Below, piece by piece: positions 60,168 through 64,000 of a DNA stretch of 64,000 nt. The notes beneath the pieces were generated by a model. The model was not told the origin of the DNA and did not search any database. It saw nothing but the letters and a program-made list of their open reading frames with translations. Positions within the stretch are counted from its first letter, which is position 1; each line of letters begins with the position of its first letter. The position numbers and the translations under genes were made by a program. This DNA comes from Octopus sinensis (lineage: Eukaryota), in assembly GCF_006345805.1 (NCBI RefSeq), contig NC_043001.1, positions 95,790,001 through 95,854,000 of the forward strand, written 5' to 3'.

Positions 60168-60727
60168 TTCAGTGATTTTATTTTTATAGCGTGCTTTCAC
60201 TTCACTTCCGAGCGCAGGCATGTGTGCCTTGGGTATGTGCTGTGCTTTGTTGTGATGCTCTTATGTTTACTGTATTGAAAGTGTTTTGCGTAGGATGTGT
60301 GCAGTGCCCAGTAGTGCAATCTTCTCTATGTTATATATATTTGTAATTCATGTTGCTTTTGTTATGTATTTGTCTGAATATTTTTTATCATACCTAATGT
60401 GTCTACTATGATAGGATGTGTTCTTCTTTTAGATTCTATATTCGAGTTACCTCTATATCAAGGTCATTGTATTTTGACAGTTTCTCCATTTCTTTTAGAG
60501 AAACGTCGTCATCTCCAGGTATTCATATGAATATATATATAAAGCATGTTTTTCCTCGCGATCTCTGACAACTATATCTGGCGTTTTGGCATTTTTTCTC
60601 TACCTGTGTGTATTGAAACAACCCAGAGTAAGGTTGCTTTCTCGTTTTCTGTGACCTTTTCTGATGTGTGCCTATACCATCTTATTTCTGTTGTTATTCC
60701 ATAATGACGTCATAGCTTCCAGTGCAT
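60168..60727 (-). mobile_element. R4/Dong-like LINE copy D3 (3-prime 560 bp)
   Basis: Same 3-prime UTR (GTGAAAGCACGCTATAAAAAATAAAATCACTGA) and REL C-terminus; trinucleotide repeats on both sides. Confidence 0.85.
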
Positions 60728-60760
60728 TATTGTTGTTGTTATTATTATTATTATTATTAG

Positions 60761-61946
60761 TCAGTAGTTTTATTTTTATAGCGTGCTTCCACTTCATTAC
60801 CGAGCGCAGCTCTGTGTGCCTTGGGTATGTGCTGTGATTTGTTGTGATGCTCTGATGGTTATTGCATGGAAAGTGTTCTGCGTAGGATACGTGCAGTGCC
60901 TAGTAGTGCAATTTTCTGTATGTTATATGTGTTTGTAAGTCCTGGTGTTTTTGTTATGTATTTGTCTGAATATTTTTTTATCATGCCTAATGCACCTACT
61001 ATGATAGGAATTGTTTCTGTTTTCAGATTCCACATTCTAGTTACCTCTATTTCCAGGTCTTTGCATTTTGAGAGTTTCTCCATTTCTTTTAGAGACACGT
61101 TGTCAGCTGCCGGTATTGATACATCAATTAGAAAGCATTTTTTTCTTCATGATCTCTGACAACTATATCTGGTCTGTTGGCCTTAATTTCTCTATCTGTG
61201 TGTATCGGCATATCCCAGACTATGGTTGCTTTCTCGTTTTCTGTGACCTTTTCTGGTGTGTGCCTATACCATCTTTTTTCTGTTGTTATTCCATAATGTT
61301 GGCATAGCTTCCAATGTATGTAGGTTCAAAGTCTGTCATGTCTGTGAATATATTCCTTCTTAGCCAGGACTGGGCAGCTAGAGATAATATGATTTATTGT
61401 TTCTTGTCCATCTCCACATATTCTGGAGTTACTTGTAATATTTCTTTTCATTACATGTTTTTGGTAATTTCTGGTGGGGAGGCTTTGGTCTTGTGCTGCA
61501 ATTAAAAATCCCTCTGTCTCTGCTTTGAGTCCTGAGCTTCTCAACCATTGCTGTGATTTTTCTTTGTCTATTTCTTTTTCGTTTAGTTTAGTGCAGTATT
61601 TACCATGAAGGGGCTTTTCTTGCCATCGTTTTATCATGGTTCGTTGCTGTTCTATTTTTAGTTTGGATTTCATTTGTTTTATAGCTTTTGTTGTTTCTTC
61701 ATCATCTTCTTCTTCTTCTTCATGTTTATTAGGTGGTATGATTTCTTGTTTGTATTTGTCAGCTTCATTAAATACTGAGAACAGTTTTTTGTTTTGCTCG
61801 TGTTTTGCTGCTATCTGGATCAGTTTTCCTTCCTTCTGAAGGAGATATTTTTGCAGTCCTATGGTGGTTATTTTAAAGTAGTTTTCCAGCTGTATAAGGC
61901 CTCTACCACCTTCTATACGTTGTATATATAGTCTTTCTATATCAGG

Positions 61947-61950
<4 letters not shown>
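60761..61950 (-). mobile_element. R4/Dong-like LINE copy D4 (3-prime 1.2 kb)
   Basis: Very similar to D2 (KPLHGKY, GLKAETEG, QDQSLPT); (ATT)n at 60725-60760 and 61951-62150. Confidence 0.9.
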
Positions 61951-62032
<82 letters not shown>

Positions 62033-62048
62033 TATTATATTATTATTA

Positions 62049-62105
<57 letters not shown>

Positions 62106-62151
62106 TATTATTATTATTATTATTATTTATTATTATTATTATTATTATTAT
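61951..62151. repeat. (ATT)n microsatellite
   Basis: Read directly. Confidence 0.98.
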
Positions 62152-63620
62152 ATGTTTGGCTTTTGCTTTATATTTGTACAAGTTGGCTCCAAGTCTCACA
62201 CGGAGACCTCAAGAGACAACAGGTTGGAAGTTCACATTGTTGTTATACCTAGTGTGCCATATATTTGGTTGTTTTTTGTGTTGTACTGGTGGATGTCAAA
62301 AAAAAATGTTTGTTTTATACCTTGAGATTAGATAGAGAGTATTTTGCGTAGGATATGAGCAGTTCCCACGAGCACTATCTGTTGAATTTCTGCCATTTTG
62401 GGGTTTTCCTGGTATCTGCGATAGATAGCAATCAGCCCCTTTTGCTATCATTCCCAGGGCACCTATGACAACAGGTATTGTTTTAGTCTTCAGGTTCCAC
62501 ATTTTGCTGATTTCTATTTCAAGATCTTTATATTTGCTCAGTTTTTGGTAGGTCTTGACAGATACGTTTATATCGATTGGGAGTCATATCAATGAGGAAG
62601 CATGTTCTTTGTTTGAAGTCTTTCAATATGATGTCTGGCTTATTTGCAACTATCTTTCTGTCCGTTTGAATGGTGAAGTTCCAGAGGAGTGAGATGTGGT
62701 CATTTTCAAGCACTGGGGGTGGTTTGTGTTCCCACCAGTTTTTTTCATGGGCAAATCCAGGTTTTTGCATATTACCCAGTGAATATATTGTGCAGCTCTA
62801 TCATGCCTGTTGAGATACTCTGTAAGCGCTAGAAGACTGCACTCGGAGACCACATGATCAATGGTTTCATTCTGTTGCTGGCATACACGACACGTTGGGC
62901 TACTGCTGACCTTTAATATGTTGGCCTGGTAGTTTCTTGTTGGTAGGCATTGATCTTCAGCTGCTATGATAAACCCCTATGTTTAAGATTTTAAGCCAGA
63001 GGCCATTAGCCATTGATGGGTCAGGGCTTTGTCAACATCTGCATTATCCGCTCTCTTTGGGTATTTGCTATAGAGATGTTTTTCTTGGCATTTATTATTC
63101 AGAATATCTAAGGCCGCAGATTTAGCACGGGTTTTGATACGCTTAGCTTTTTCTAAGCCTGTTTCTTGTATGTCTATCTCTAATTCCGAAATTTGTTGTA
63201 TTCGGAATTCACTTAGATATTCCTTTGTCTGTTTTGTTACTGAGTATGATGCTTTCTTGCTTTCATGTTTTGAGACATGTTTTAACATCCAGTCCTCAGA
63301 GTTTTTCAGGTAGGTGTCTAGGCCAATTGTAGCAATCTTCATTGTTATTGCCAGTTGTAAAAGACCGCGGCCTCCCTCTTTTCCTGGCAGATAAGGTCGT
63401 TCTGTATCTGCCTTAGTGTGGTGCAGTCTATGCATTGTCAACAGTTTTCGTATTTTTCTGCCAAGATTACATATTTCTGTAATTGACCAGTTAACGATAT
63501 TGAAACTGTAAGTCACGATTGGTATGGCTAATACATTGATCGCTTCGATCCTGTTTCTCGCATTCAGCTCTGTCTTGAGTATTGCTCTTACTCTGCGATA
63601 ACATTCTCTCCTGATCCTTT
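62152..63620 (-). mobile_element. R4/Dong-like LINE copy D5, distinct subfamily
   Basis: ERPYLPGKEGGRGLLQL, HQWLMASGLKS, HVVSECSLLA..YLNRHD, ANKPDIIL..FLIDMT, IPVVIGALG; different 3-prime UTR; (ATT)n on both sides. Confidence 0.85.
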
Positions 63621-63652
63621 CCTTCCGTTCCCTTTCCTTTCCTTCCCTTCCC

Positions 63653-63708
<56 letters not shown>

Positions 63709-63738
63709 TATTATTATTATTATTATTTATTATTATTG

Positions 63739-63951
63739 TTCAGTAGTTTTATTTTCATAGTGTGCTTTCACTTCACTACCGAGCGTAGCTCTGTGCGCCT
63801 TGGGTATGTGCTGTGATCTGTTGTGATGCTCTGATGGTTATAGTATGGAAAGTGTCCCGCGTAGGATGTGTGCAGTGCCTAGTAGTGCAATTTTCTGTAT
63901 GTTATATGTGTTTGTAAGTCCTGGTGTTTTTGTTATGTATTTGTCTGAATA

Positions 63952-63955
<4 letters not shown>
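63739..63955 (-). mobile_element. R4/Dong-like LINE copy D6 (3-prime ~215 bp)
   Basis: Same 3-prime UTR as D4; (ATT)n at 63653-63738 and 63956-64000. Confidence 0.85.
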
Positions 63956-63993
<38 letters not shown>

Positions 63994-64000
63994 TATTATT

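Overview
AT-rich, microsatellite-dense eukaryotic non-genic DNA. The SINE and MITE families match those I recall from octopod cephalopods (Octopus); this assignment is from memory and unverified. I could not support any host protein-coding gene, and most short ORFs in the track are translations of microsatellites. The window is a layered transposon landscape in which simple repeats act as landing pads. (1) At 28.2-30.7 kb, a ~552-bp tandem array (4 full units plus 1 partial, with an inverted 122-bp segment at its left edge) carries one type I hammerhead ribozyme per full unit, i.e. a Penelope-like pLTR/retrozyme array, embedded in (TA)n. (2) At 35.8-46.8 kb, three co-oriented Tx1-clade (L1 group) LINEs, including one full-length ~6.1-kb copy with ORF1 and APE-RT ORF2, each have (GATA)n on both sides, indicating a (GATA/TATC)n-specific family. 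(3) At 55-64 kb, at least 7-8 R4/Dong-like RT-REL LINE fragments are stacked in (TAA)n-type microsatellites. Also present: an internally deleted HERO-like element, RTE fragments, mariner/Tc1 MITEs, DINE-1/HINE-like elements, several tRNA-derived SINEs and (TA)n-bounded tandem duplications. Frequent 1-bp indels in homopolymers suggest an imperfectly polished long-read assembly, so individual frameshifts may not be real.
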